Shown piece by piece: positions 30,967 to 39,935 of a stretch of DNA of 61,459 bases (positions are counted from its first letter, which is position 1; each line of letters opens with the position of its first letter). Location: IMG/VR virus record IMGVR_UViG_3300012352_000420, positions 1 to 61,459 of that record; one strand, written 5' to 3'. Both the position numbers and the translations under genes were made by a program. This stretch comes from a virus. Its lineage: Duplodnaviria; Caudoviricetes. The notes under the pieces were generated by a model, which saw only the letters and a list, made by a program, of their open reading frames with translations, was not told where the DNA came from and made no database searches.

Positions 30967-31292
30967 TGGCGGGATATCCAGAAAAAGAAAAAGGCTACCA
31001 GATGTGGATTACAGATTTACAGCTAATAGCAACAGATGCACCATCAGGACAAAAGATCCTAAATGAGACACTTGATATCGCAGAGATGCTTATTAAGAAG
31101 AATATTTCATATGGAGACTCAGCATTAAATCCAATGAGACTATTTGCCTCATCTGATAATGTAGAGCAGTTAAAGGTACGTATCGATGACAAGCTAAATA
31201 GAATTAATAACGCACAGGGTTTTGCTGGAGATAATGATATTGATGATTTAATTGGCTATTTAATTCTTTTGAAGATAGCAAATCGATCCTAG
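30966..31292 (+). CDS. Nucleotide-modification-associated domain protein (DUF1599/Nmad1-like)
   Basis: KKNISYGDS...RIDDKLNRI...DLIGYLIL. Confidence 0.65.
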   Translation: MAGYPEKEKGYQMWITDLQLIATDAPSGQKILNETLDIAEMLIKKNISYGDSALNPMRLFASSDNVEQLKVRIDDKLNRINNAQGFAGDNDIDDLIGYLILLKIANRS

Positions 31293-31304
31293 TCAACTAA
31301 GATA

Positions 31305-31319
31305 TGGTATACTATATCT
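31305..31319 (+). promoter_or_regulatory. Extended -10 promoter TGGTATACT, leaderless
   Basis: TATACT at 31308-31313, 6 nt before ATG 31320. Confidence 0.65.
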
Positions 31320-31859
31320 ATGGCTGAAATAGAATTAGCGGAGCATTATGACCGCATGAACATGGTTGTCGCTGAATTGCTCAAGGGCAACAGCGCAACA
31401 CAAATTGCAACAATTACTGGACTCCAGCGAAAAGAAGTACTTAGTCTTATCGATGACTGGAAGTCTGTAGTGCATAATGATAATGCTATTAGAGACCGAG
31501 CAAAGGAAGCAATTTCTGGGGCGGATCAGCATTATGCGATGCTAATTAAAGAGGCATGGAAGACCGTAGAGGATGCTGACACACAGGGGGCACTTGCAGT
31601 AAAGTCTGGTGCGTTAAAGCTAATTGCGGATATTGAAACAAAACGAATTGCAATGCTTCAGTCTGTCGGAGTACTTGAAAATAACGAGATTGCAACACAG
31701 ATTGCAGAGACAGAGAGAAAGCAGGAAGTCCTAGTAAAGATCCTGAAGGAAGTTACATCTACATGCCCTAAGTGTAAAATGGATGTTGCTAGGAGGCTTT
31801 CTCAAATATCTGGAGTTGTTGAGCCAATAGAGATCATTGAGGAAGTAAGTGGACTTTAA
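31320..31859 (+). CDS. terS: Probable terminase small subunit
   Basis: N-terminal HTH (GNSATQIATITGL); overlaps the large terminase start. Confidence 0.65.
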   Translation: MAEIELAEHYDRMNMVVAELLKGNSATQIATITGLQRKEVLSLIDDWKSVVHNDNAIRDRAKEAISGADQHYAMLIKEAWKTVEDADTQGALAVKSGALKLIADIETKRIAMLQSVGVLENNEIATQIAETERKQEVLVKILKEVTSTCPKCKMDVARRLSQISGVVEPIEIIEEVSGL

Positions 31860-33642
31860 TTTTGATGACCTCATTGATCTACTTGATGGCGAAGAGTTTG
31901 AAGAGCGCCCAGTAGATTTAAGGACATTTGTTGTTAGCCCCGATTATTTAGGGCTGCCTCCACTTTCTGAGCATCAATATACTCTAATTGAAAAGTCATC
32001 ACAGATCTATAAAGAGTCTACCCTTATAAAGCTTCTTGGAGAAGAAGAGGGTAAGCGCATGTTCAAGCAGACATGCAATGAAGTTATTGCTCAGTTAGGT
32101 AAGGGTTCTGGAAAAGACTACACCTCTACCATATCAGTAGCAAGAATTGTTTATTTGCTTTTATGTTTGAAGGATCCAGCTTCATATTACGGTAAGCCAC
32201 CAGGAGACTCAATTGATATTCTTAACATCGCTATCAACGCACAACAAGCAAACAACGTCTTCTTTAAGGGCTTTAAGACACGAATAGAACGCTCCCCATG
32301 GTTTGTTGGCAAGTATGACCCAAAGGCTTCTGAGATGAAGTTTGACAAGTCTGTAACAGTTCACTCAGGTCACTCCGAAAGAGAAGCTTGGGAAGGATAT
32401 AACGTTATAACAGTTATCCTCGACGAAATCTCAGGCTTTGCAATTGAGAATACAACTGGACACGATCAAGCAAAAACAGCTGATGCTACATACGACATGT
32501 ATCGTGCATCCGTTATGTCACGTTTTCCAGACTTTGGAAAGGTTATTCTTCTTTCATTCCCACGCTTTAAGAACGATCCAATTCAAAAGTTTTATGAGGC
32601 AGTTATTGCAGAGAAAGAAACTGTTGTTAGATCTAAGTTGTTAAAGATGGACGATGATCTTCCAGACGGAACGGAAGGCAATGAGATTGTTGTTGAATGG
32701 GAAGAAGACCATATTAAGTCATATCTATATCCAAAGACATATGCCCTAAAGCGTCCTACATGGGAAGTAAATCCAACAAAAAAGATCGAAGACTTTAAGG
32801 TAGACTTCTATAAGAATATGCCAGATGCCTTAGGTAGATTTGCATGCATGCCACCAGAAATGATTGATGCATTCTTTAAGTCACGTGAAAAGGTAGAGAA
32901 GGCATTTAATAATATGTCGATGGCGGTAGACAAGTTTGGAAGACTAGAAGAATGGTTTGTTCCAGATGATGATAAGCAATACTTTATTCACGTCGACCTT
33001 GCCCAAAAGCATGACCATTGTGCTGTCGCATTAGCACATGTAGAAAAGTGGGTTAATGTAAAGGTGACAAGTGAATACTCACAGCCAGCTCCAGTAGTAA
33101 AGGTTGATGCGGTAAGATACTGGACTCCAACTGCAGAAAAGTCTGTTGACTTTACTGAGGTAAAGGACTATATTCTTTCTCTTAAGACACGAGGATTTAA
33201 TATCGGAGTCTGTACATTTGACCGTTGGAATTCACACGATATGATGCAGCAGCTGAAGGCGTATGGAATTAACACAGAAACATTATCTGTAGCTAAAAAG
33301 CATTATGATGATATGGCTATGGTTGTGGCGGAAGAAAGATTAACTGGTCCAGCTATATCATTACTTATTGATGAATTACTTCAACTTAAGATTATGAGAG
33401 ATAGAGTCGATCACCCTAGAAAGGGATCTAAAGACTTGGCTGACGCAGTTTGCGGTGCAATATTTAATTCAATTAGTAAGACTAGGCCAAATAGAAATAC
33501 TGAAGTTGAAATTCATACATATGGATATGATAGCCACATGAGAGAGCTTGAAGAATTAAAAAAGGATTCTATCAATTTAATTAGACCTCCAAGAATGCCA
33601 AATGACTTGAGAGAAGCAATAGAAGGAATGACGATGTTATGA
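31849..33642 (+). CDS. terL: Terminase large subunit
   Basis: Walker A GKGSGKD, Walker B VILDE, nuclease HVDLAQKHD, TFDRW, DHP..GSKDLADA. Confidence 0.92.
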   Translation: MDFNFDDLIDLLDGEEFEERPVDLRTFVVSPDYLGLPPLSEHQYTLIEKSSQIYKESTLIKLLGEEEGKRMFKQTCNEVIAQLGKGSGKDYTSTISVARIVYLLLCLKDPASYYGKPPGDSIDILNIAINAQQANNVFFKGFKTRIERSPWFVGKYDPKASEMKFDKSVTVHSGHSEREAWEGYNVITVILDEISGFAIENTTGHDQAKTADATYDMYRASVMSRFPDFGKVILLSFPRFKNDPIQKFYEAVIAEKETVVRSKLLKMDDDLPDGTEGNEIVVEWEEDHIKSYLYPKTYALKRPTWEVNPTKKIEDFKVDFYKNMPDALGRFACMPPEMIDAFFKSREKVEKAFNNMSMAVDKFGRLEEWFVPDDDKQYFIHVDLAQKHDHCAVALAHVEKWVNVKVTSEYSQPAPVVKVDAVRYWTPTAEKSVDFTEVKDYILSLKTRGFNIGVCTFDRWNSHDMMQQLKAYGINTETLSVAKKHYDDMAMVVAEERLTGPAISLLIDELLQLKIMRDRVDHPRKGSKDLADAVCGAIFNSISKTRPNRNTEVEIHTYGYDSHMRELEELKKDSINLIRPPRMPNDLREAIEGMTML

Positions 33643-33872
33643 GTACGTATCAAGAGAAGGCTAAAGAGTGTAAGTGTTGTGGAAAGCATGTTCCACTACC
33701 AACAGTATTAAAAGAGTATAACGGAGTAGTGCTTTGTCCTACCACATTTTCTAATGTAATTGAATATAAGAGGCTATGGACAGCTTTTGGCAGTAGACCA
33801 TCTGGTAATGTAAGAAAACACTTCTCTGAGTATGTGCAACAAATTGTTGAGCAGACTATTGACAAGCCCTGA
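33639..33872 (+). CDS. Hypothetical Cys-containing protein
   Basis: CKCCGKH...LCPT; overlaps terL stop. Confidence 0.65.
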   Translation: MSTYQEKAKECKCCGKHVPLPTVLKEYNGVVLCPTTFSNVIEYKRLWTAFGSRPSGNVRKHFSEYVQQIVEQTIDKP

Positions 33873-33887
33873 CTATGTAAGTATAAT
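33859..33887 (+). promoter_or_regulatory. Consensus promoter for the tRNA region
   Basis: TTGACA-17-TATAAT. Confidence 0.85.
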
Positions 33888-33898
33888 TAATCCACTGA

Positions 33899-33972
33899 GC
33901 AGCGGTAGCTTAGTCGGTTAAAGCCCCAAACTCATAATTTGGTAATCGTGGGTTCGAGTCCCACCCGCTGTA
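33899..33972 (+). tRNA. tRNA with CAT anticodon (elongator Met or Ile2)
   Basis: Acceptor GCAGCGG/CCGCTGT, anticodon arm CCAAA-CTCATAA-TTTGG, T arm GTGGG-TTCGAGT-CCCAC. Lacks the initiator GGG/CCC pairs; no encoded CCA. Confidence 0.9.
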
Positions 33973-33986
33973 CAAATGGAGGAAAT

Positions 33987-34271
33987 ATGGAAGACGAAGC
34001 GTCGAATCTTTTTGAGCATTATGTTGCAATCGGAGCAGTAGAGCTAGATGGAGTTGCAGAAGATGGCGAGCTCATGTATAAGGTAAATGATATAGCAAAA
34101 GAAATTGCACCAGATCTTTGGGAGGCTCACATGGGCTTTGTAGAAGAAACTATCATTGAGTTATATAAAAAAGAGCTTATTGAAATTGAATATGATGAGG
34201 ATTTAAATGCTAATATCAGGTTATCTGATGGAGGCATTGAGGTTTTGAGAGAGAACGGATACGATATTTAG
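33987..34271 (+). CDS. Acidic hypothetical protein
   Basis: SD GGAGG before ATG 33987. The longer ORF-track start lies inside the tRNA. Confidence 0.75.
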   Translation: MEDEASNLFEHYVAIGAVELDGVAEDGELMYKVNDIAKEIAPDLWEAHMGFVEETIIELYKKELIEIEYDEDLNANIRLSDGGIEVLRENGYDI

Positions 34272-34277
34272 TAGTAT

Positions 34278-34349
34278 GCCTTCGTAGCTCAGAGGAAGAG
34301 CGGAACACTTCTAATGTTTAGGCCATAGGTTCGAATCCTATCGGGGGCA
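34278..34349 (+). tRNA. tRNA-Arg(TCT)
   Basis: Acceptor GCCTTCG/CGGGGGC, anticodon arm GAACA-CTTCTAA-TGTTT, T arm ATAGG-TTCGAAT-CCTAT. Confidence 0.92.
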
Positions 34350-34419
34350 CAAATGGTATAATGGTAGTAATTAAATACATCAAAGTATGATGTCAAGAAA
34401 GTATTAAAAGGAGAATAAA

Positions 34420-35031
34420 ATGGCAGCAGTACAAGGATCAGCAGCAAGACTCGTAGAGGTTGCTCTGGCAGAAATTGGATACATCGAAGGTCCAAAGGAT
34501 AATGAAACAAAGTATGGAGCATTCACAAAGGCTAACTTCCAACCTTGGTGTGGAAGCTTCGTCAACTGGTGCGGAAATGAAGCTGGAGTTAAGCTCCCTA
34601 ACACAGTTTACACACCAGCAGGTGCACAAGCATTTATGAAGGCTGGAACATGGCAAGCAGCAGAAGTTGCAACACCACAAGTTGGAGATATTGCCTATAT
34701 GGACTTCCCAAATGATGGCGTCGATAGAATTTCTCACGTAGGAATTGTTGTTGGAGTTAACAACGACGGAACAGTAGATCTTGCAGAAGGAAATACTGCA
34801 CCAGATAAAAAGGGAGATCAGCGAAACGGCGGTCAGGCATGCGTTAAGAATCGTGCATACAAGAAGAAGAATGGCTCGAAGCTTCGCAGAAGCCAGACTG
34901 TTTCTATTGTAGGATTTGGACGCCCAGCATTTGGTCAAGTTGTGAAGACAAAGCCACAGCCAGAAGCAAAGCCAAAGAAGGCAGCAGTTAAGCCAGCAGC
35001 ACCAGTAGTAGAAAAGAAGAAGAAGGCATAA
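34420..35031 (+). CDS. Endolysin, CHAP-type amidase/peptidase
   Basis: PWCGSFVNW, GDIAY, SHVGIV, EGNT; basic tail; TGGTATAAT promoter at 34354-34362 and SD AAGGAG. Confidence 0.85.
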   Translation: MAAVQGSAARLVEVALAEIGYIEGPKDNETKYGAFTKANFQPWCGSFVNWCGNEAGVKLPNTVYTPAGAQAFMKAGTWQAAEVATPQVGDIAYMDFPNDGVDRISHVGIVVGVNNDGTVDLAEGNTAPDKKGDQRNGGQACVKNRAYKKKNGSKLRRSQTVSIVGFGRPAFGQVVKTKPQPEAKPKKAAVKPAAPVVEKKKKA

Positions 35032-35033
35032 TT

Positions 35034-35510
35034 GTGAACGATAAATATCTTTTCAGTTCTTTAAAAGAATTACAGTCTAACTTAATTGTATTCTCCCATT
35101 TAGTACAGGGATTTTACTGGAACACCGAGTCTGTTCTTATGAGACAGTCAAGAATAATTTATGAAGAGATGTATAGGGAATCTGCAAAGAATGTAGATGT
35201 GGTTGCTATCTGGCTTAGGAGACTAGGCCAGGAAGCACCGTATACTCTTGAAGAGTTTGCATTAAATCAAACACTTGGAGATGTAAAGCCAGACACTTAT
35301 TGCGGTGTTGAAATGGCGGTACATTTAGAGCCAATCAATCGAAGAATGATCAATGATATTAAGTTCATCATAGATCAATCTATTCTCAATAAGGAGCATG
35401 GTTTAGCTAAAGACCTTTCAGATCTTTTGTCTACTCATCAAGAGTGGAATTGGTTCCTCAGCTCAAGCCTAAAGTTACCACCAAATCCATGGAAGTCTTT
35501 AAAGGACTAA
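35034..35510 (+). CDS. Dps/ferritin-like protein (degenerate ferroxidase site)
   Basis: GFYWNT...EEMY...DVVAIWLRRLG...HQEWNWFLSS aligns by eye with Dps helices. Confidence 0.65.
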   Translation: MNDKYLFSSLKELQSNLIVFSHLVQGFYWNTESVLMRQSRIIYEEMYRESAKNVDVVAIWLRRLGQEAPYTLEEFALNQTLGDVKPDTYCGVEMAVHLEPINRRMINDIKFIIDQSILNKEHGLAKDLSDLLSTHQEWNWFLSSSLKLPPNPWKSLKD

Positions 35511-35511
35511 A

Positions 35512-36540
35512 ATGATAGAGGATAAATCTGTCACAACGCTATGCTACGACGATATACTTTTGGTGCCTGGAGCATCTAAAATTGAGTCAAGATCACATAT
35601 TGAATTAGATTGTGTCTTAGGTAATCCTAGAAATCCAGAGGGCGCTTTGCATATGTACAATCCCATATGCATTGCACCAATGGAGTTTATAAGTAGTGTA
35701 GAGATGCTATTTACTGTACATCAATTAGGTGGAGCAGGATTTATCCATAGATTTCAAAAGCTGGAAAAAAGAATAGCAGACTATAATGAATTAAAAAAGC
35801 GTATCAATCCAATTAGAATCGGTATAGCAATTGCAACAGAAGATATCAAAAAAGATTCTATAGATGCGATACTTCAAAGTGGATGCAGAATTATATTACT
35901 AGATATACCATTTTCACATACTGAAAGATCAGTAATGTCTGTCAAGGAACTAAGATCGCTTGTACCAAACACTGTGCATATTATGGTTGGAAATAGTTCA
36001 TCAAAAGAATCTTACATGGAACACATGGAGGCTGGTGCAGATTCAGTAAGAATCGGTATTGGTGGAGGAGCAGCATGCACAACTAGAATTCAAGCGGGAT
36101 TCGGAGTCCCAGTCCTCGGATCAGTTATGGATATATACGCTCAGGTAGAAGACGACTATATGAATGGAATTGTTGCAGATGGTGGAATTAAAAGCAGCGG
36201 TGATATAGTTAAAGCTTTTGCAGCAGGTGCTAGCATGGTAATGATGGGATCTATGTTTGCTGGTTATGATGAGTCTGGAAATACATTTAGAGGATTAGCA
36301 TCAGAAGAGATACAGCTAGAAAATTTTGATCTAGATGATCCAGCTAAGATGCATATTGAAGGTGTTTCTGGAACTGTTGAGAGCAAGGGCTCAGCTAGAA
36401 TAGGCATAGCAAGACTAATAAATAATGTAAAGAGTGGTATCTCCTATGTTGGAGCTGAAAATCTAGAGCAGCTAAGAGACAGGGTTAAGTTTATTCGTGT
36501 ATCACAAGCCTCTATTTTAGAGTCAAAGTCTAGAATCTAG
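35512..36540 (+). CDS. IMP dehydrogenase / GMP reductase family (no CBS)
   Basis: YDDILLVP, GFIHR, GIGGGAACTTR, ADGGI, MMGSMFAG, EGVSG. Confidence 0.88.
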   Translation: MIEDKSVTTLCYDDILLVPGASKIESRSHIELDCVLGNPRNPEGALHMYNPICIAPMEFISSVEMLFTVHQLGGAGFIHRFQKLEKRIADYNELKKRINPIRIGIAIATEDIKKDSIDAILQSGCRIILLDIPFSHTERSVMSVKELRSLVPNTVHIMVGNSSSKESYMEHMEAGADSVRIGIGGGAACTTRIQAGFGVPVLGSVMDIYAQVEDDYMNGIVADGGIKSSGDIVKAFAAGASMVMMGSMFAGYDESGNTFRGLASEEIQLENFDLDDPAKMHIEGVSGTVESKGSARIGIARLINNVKSGISYVGAENLEQLRDRVKFIRVSQASILESKSRI

Positions 36541-36622
36541 ACATTTTATTTTGTTTTTGATACAATATATATAGGTCGCCAAATGGGGCCTAATTAAATT
36601 ATTCGCTTGAAAGGGGAATAAA

Positions 36623-37057
36623 ATGACTTACACATATTCAACAACAACAACAAATGGCCTTGGGCCAACATGGTTAAACGATCCATTCTTTATTGGATTT
36701 GATAAGATGTTTGACCGAATTACAAATACAACAAATCAGCAATCTGGCTTCCCGCCATATAACGTTCGCAAAATCGATGAGGATACTTTTGTAGTCGAGC
36801 TTGCGGTGGCAGGATATAATAAGCATGCAATTGATATTCAAGAGCATGATGGTAGCCTAATTATCAAGGGTGAGCGCCCAGAAGACGCTGAAGAATATCT
36901 TCACAAGGGAATTGCAGGTAGAAAGTTTACACGCACATTTGCCCTAGGTGAATATATGTATGTGGATTCTGCTGATCTAAATGACGGAATGCTTTATATT
37001 GTAGTAAAGCGGGAAGTCCCAGAAGAGAAGAAGCCAAAGACAATTAAAATCAAGTAG
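36623..37057 (+). CDS. Small heat shock protein (Hsp20/IbpA-like)
   Basis: FPPYNV, ELAVAG, YLHKGIAGRKFTRTF, DGMLYI, PEEKKP. Confidence 0.95.
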   Translation: MTYTYSTTTTNGLGPTWLNDPFFIGFDKMFDRITNTTNQQSGFPPYNVRKIDEDTFVVELAVAGYNKHAIDIQEHDGSLIIKGERPEDAEEYLHKGIAGRKFTRTFALGEYMYVDSADLNDGMLYIVVKREVPEEKKPKTIKIK

Positions 37058-37059
37058 GG

Positions 37060-37140
37060 TATAATAGTCTTATCACGCCATTCGTGATACTGGGCTAGTT
37101 ACCCTTAGGATACACCTGAGCATGTGTTTAAACTGCTCTT
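37060..37140 (+). ncRNA. Putative structured 5'-UTR RNA (hairpin plus H-type pseudoknot)
   Basis: TATAAT at 37060; TATCACG/CGTGATA hairpin; ACAC/GTGT stem whose loop GAGCA pairs with downstream TGCTC. Confidence 0.5.
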
Positions 37141-37157
37141 CAATTTTAGGGAGAATC

Positions 37158-37565
37158 ATGTTCGAGTATTATGTTAAGAAGGTTACAAAGGTTGTGGACG
37201 GAGACACAATTGATGTAGACATTGATCTTGGATTTGATATTTCATTTAGCTCAAGAGTAAGACTTGCTGGTATAGATACACCAGAGAGCAGAACAGCAGA
37301 TAAGATGGAGAAGGCCTTAGGTTTAGAAGCAAAGGCATATCTAAAGCATGAAATAGATGCAGCTAAATCTGTTGTAATCAAAACAGAAAAGATGGATAGC
37401 TCTGAAAAGTACGGAAGAATTTTAGGTTGGGTATTCTTGGATGGATCAGAAGTTTCATTAAATGAAAAGATGATTAAGGATGGTCATGCGTGGGGATACA
37501 TGGGAGAAACTAAGGTAAAAGACTTTGATGCCTTAGCTAAAGCAAGGAAGGCAAGCGGTAAGTAA
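37158..37565 (+). CDS. Thermonuclease (SNase-like)
   Basis: KVVDGDTID, RVRLAGIDTPE, KYGRILG, NEKMIKDGHA; SD AGGGAG before 37158. Confidence 0.9.
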   Translation: MFEYYVKKVTKVVDGDTIDVDIDLGFDISFSSRVRLAGIDTPESRTADKMEKALGLEAKAYLKHEIDAAKSVVIKTEKMDSSEKYGRILGWVFLDGSEVSLNEKMIKDGHAWGYMGETKVKDFDALAKARKASGK

Positions 37566-37747
37566 TGCCAGTATATGAATACAAGTGCGAATGTAATGAT
37601 GAAGTAGTACCAGTAAAGATGTCTATTGCTGACTATAAGCCAGAACAAACATGTGAGCTATGTGGAAAAGAGATGGGTAGACACTATACTCCAACTGGAA
37701 TTCAATTTAAGGGCAGCGGGTTTTATAAAACCGATAACCCTAAGTAG
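37565..37747 (+). CDS. FmdB-family zinc-ribbon protein
   Basis: MPVYEYKC...CELC...FKGSGFYKTD. Confidence 0.85.
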   Translation: MPVYEYKCECNDEVVPVKMSIADYKPEQTCELCGKEMGRHYTPTGIQFKGSGFYKTDNPK

Positions 37748-37761
37748 GATATAATAGATCT

Positions 37762-38037
37762 ATGATTAGACATGCAATAAAAACATTATCTACTACAGAG
37801 CCAATTGAATTGACTATCAATGATAATATTAATGGTGTAAGCACCTTAGTGGTTCAAAACATATCAGATACTAATAGTGTTTACATTGGAGGTTCATCTG
37901 TTTCATCAGCCGACTATGGATTTATAATATATCCAAAACAAGCATTTACGGTAGAGCTTAGACCATTTGATAGAATTTATGCTGTTGGATCTAGTTCATT
38001 CAATATTGCATGCATGTCTATTGAGAGAGCAACATGA
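37762..38037 (+). CDS. Hypothetical beta-rich protein (leaderless)
   Basis: TATAAT at 37750-37755, 6 nt before ATG; VQN...VYIGG...IYAV. Confidence 0.7.
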   Translation: MIRHAIKTLSTTEPIELTINDNINGVSTLVVQNISDTNSVYIGGSSVSSADYGFIIYPKQAFTVELRPFDRIYAVGSSSFNIACMSIERAT

Positions 38038-39860
38038 TTCAAAGTACAGTTGGCTTTACTAGTCCGTCCAGTGGATCTGGAGATGGAACTGCTGGGGCTG
38101 ATGGGCTATCTGCATATGAAGTTGCAGTTGAAAATGGTTTTTCTGGAACAGAGCAAGAGTGGCTCGACTCTTTAGTTGGTGCAGATGGTGTTGACGGAGA
38201 TCCATTAGACTTTCTTAATGTCCCAAGCGATATAATTCCAGATGCTGATAATACACACGCATTAGGAAGTACTGAAAAAAGATGGAAAGATATATATATT
38301 GGTCCTGGAACAATTAATATAACGGATCAAACATTAGACACAGATGCAACAATTGCTGTTGACAACGGAATTTTATTTATTAATGGAATTGCTCAGGCGC
38401 AACTACAAAATATTTTAGTTACTAATTTAACTTTTGCTGATGATACAACACAAACAACTGCTGCTGTTCCACAGGTTAATTCGGACTGGAACTCAAGCAG
38501 CGGGTTATCAGAAATTTTAAACAAGCCGACGATACCTACTGACATAAATCAATTAGAAGATGTAGATAACCTACTTGATGCTGGAATAACATATGCTTCA
38601 GTTTTGCAGCATCAAGTAAAAGCTGGAGAATCCCTAACAAAAGGGCAGGCCGTATATGCATCAAGCGCTAATGGTACTAATATTATTGTTTCAAAAGCTT
38701 CTAATGCTACAGAGCAAACCTCTTCTAAAGTAATGGGGCTAATATCATCGACGCTTAGCACAAACGGACAAGGGACAGTAGTTACCGAAGGAATTTTATC
38801 TGGCCTAAATACATCTACTGCAAACGATGGAGATCCAGTATGGCTTGGTACAAATGGAAATCTCATATACGGATTAGCAAATAAACCAGTAGCTCCTGCT
38901 CATTTAGTATTCATAGGAATAGTAACTAGGGCAAATCAGAATAATGGCGAGATATTCATTCGTCCTCAAAATGGATTTGAACTTAATGAGATTCATGATG
39001 TATTAATTGGATCTGGATATGCATCAACACCAGCAGACAAAGATCTCCTTGCCTATGAGTCTTCAAGCGGTTTATGGAAAAATAAAACATTTTCTCAGCT
39101 AGGAATACAGACACGAGTATCTGGAGTAACTGACACCGAGATAGGTTATCTAGATGGTGTATCTTCTTCTATACAAAGCCAACTAAATACAAAGCAAGAT
39201 GTGGTTGGAAATGTCTCAAGTACTGAGATCGGATATTTAGATGGAGTTACAAGCGGTATACAAGGTCAGCTCAACTTTAAGGCAGATATGCTATCTCCAA
39301 TAATAACTATGGCTAGTTTTGCATCTGCAAATGAATCTGTTGATCCAGTTACAATCTCGACGGCAAATGGCCACGGTGGAACTGGATATGCTGGATTAAT
39401 AACTTTAGAGAATACATCCTCTGGTGCAACTAATAATAAAAAGTATATTCGTATGAATAACGAAGGACAATTTGAAATTGTAAACAATGCATACTCTAAT
39501 ACAATTTTTGCAGTAACAGATGGCGGAGATGTAAGTGCTGCTGGAAGATATAATGGTGCAACTCTTGGAGATACTGGATGGATTACTATAACATCGTTTG
39601 CTAATAATTTTTCAGGATCGAATGTTGCTTATCGTAGAATCAATAACGTAGTTTACTTGCGTGGTCGTATTTCAGGTGGTACAGCAAGCACAGGAGCAAT
39701 TTTTCTCCCAGAAGGATTTAGGCCAAGCGTTGAGGGTGTACATGTTGTTCAAAAATACGGAACAGCAGACATGAGCTATGTAACAATAGGTACAGATGGC
39801 GTCGTTCTTCCTAATAGCACTGCAGCGTGGCTTTCTAACGTATCGTTTGCTGTTAACTAA
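38034..39860 (+). CDS. Tail-fibre-like / virion appendage protein
   Basis: GLSAYEVAVENGFSGTEQEWLDSL, LGSTEKRWKDIY, duplicated EIGYLDGVxSxIQxQLN, C-terminal DTGWI...YRRINNVVYLRG...LPEGFRP tip. Confidence 0.75.
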   Translation: MIQSTVGFTSPSSGSGDGTAGADGLSAYEVAVENGFSGTEQEWLDSLVGADGVDGDPLDFLNVPSDIIPDADNTHALGSTEKRWKDIYIGPGTINITDQTLDTDATIAVDNGILFINGIAQAQLQNILVTNLTFADDTTQTTAAVPQVNSDWNSSSGLSEILNKPTIPTDINQLEDVDNLLDAGITYASVLQHQVKAGESLTKGQAVYASSANGTNIIVSKASNATEQTSSKVMGLISSTLSTNGQGTVVTEGILSGLNTSTANDGDPVWLGTNGNLIYGLANKPVAPAHLVFIGIVTRANQNNGEIFIRPQNGFELNEIHDVLIGSGYASTPADKDLLAYESSSGLWKNKTFSQLGIQTRVSGVTDTEIGYLDGVSSSIQSQLNTKQDVVGNVSSTEIGYLDGVTSGIQGQLNFKADMLSPIITMASFASANESVDPVTISTANGHGGTGYAGLITLENTSSGATNNKKYIRMNNEGQFEIVNNAYSNTIFAVTDGGDVSAAGRYNGATLGDTGWITITSFANNFSGSNVAYRRINNVVYLRGRISGGTASTGAIFLPEGFRPSVEGVHVVQKYGTADMSYVTIGTDGVVLPNSTAAWLSNVSFAVN

Positions 39861-39935
39861 TCTTTAATTTAAGTTTATCTTCTGATATAATTAGTAAGTA
39901 GTTCGAACAATTCGTATTACTTAGGAGGGTCTTAG

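Noticed and set aside
17843-33642. Inteins or introns in DnaB, DnaE, RecA or TerL
   Set aside because: Protein lengths are ordinary, motifs are contiguous and no Hint or homing endonuclease motifs are seen.
33939-33986. N-terminal extension of ORF 33939-34271
   Set aside because: Lies within the tRNA; a good SD supports ATG 33987.
34289-34938. Minus-strand ORFs over tRNA-Arg and the endolysin
   Set aside because: Antisense to well-supported features.
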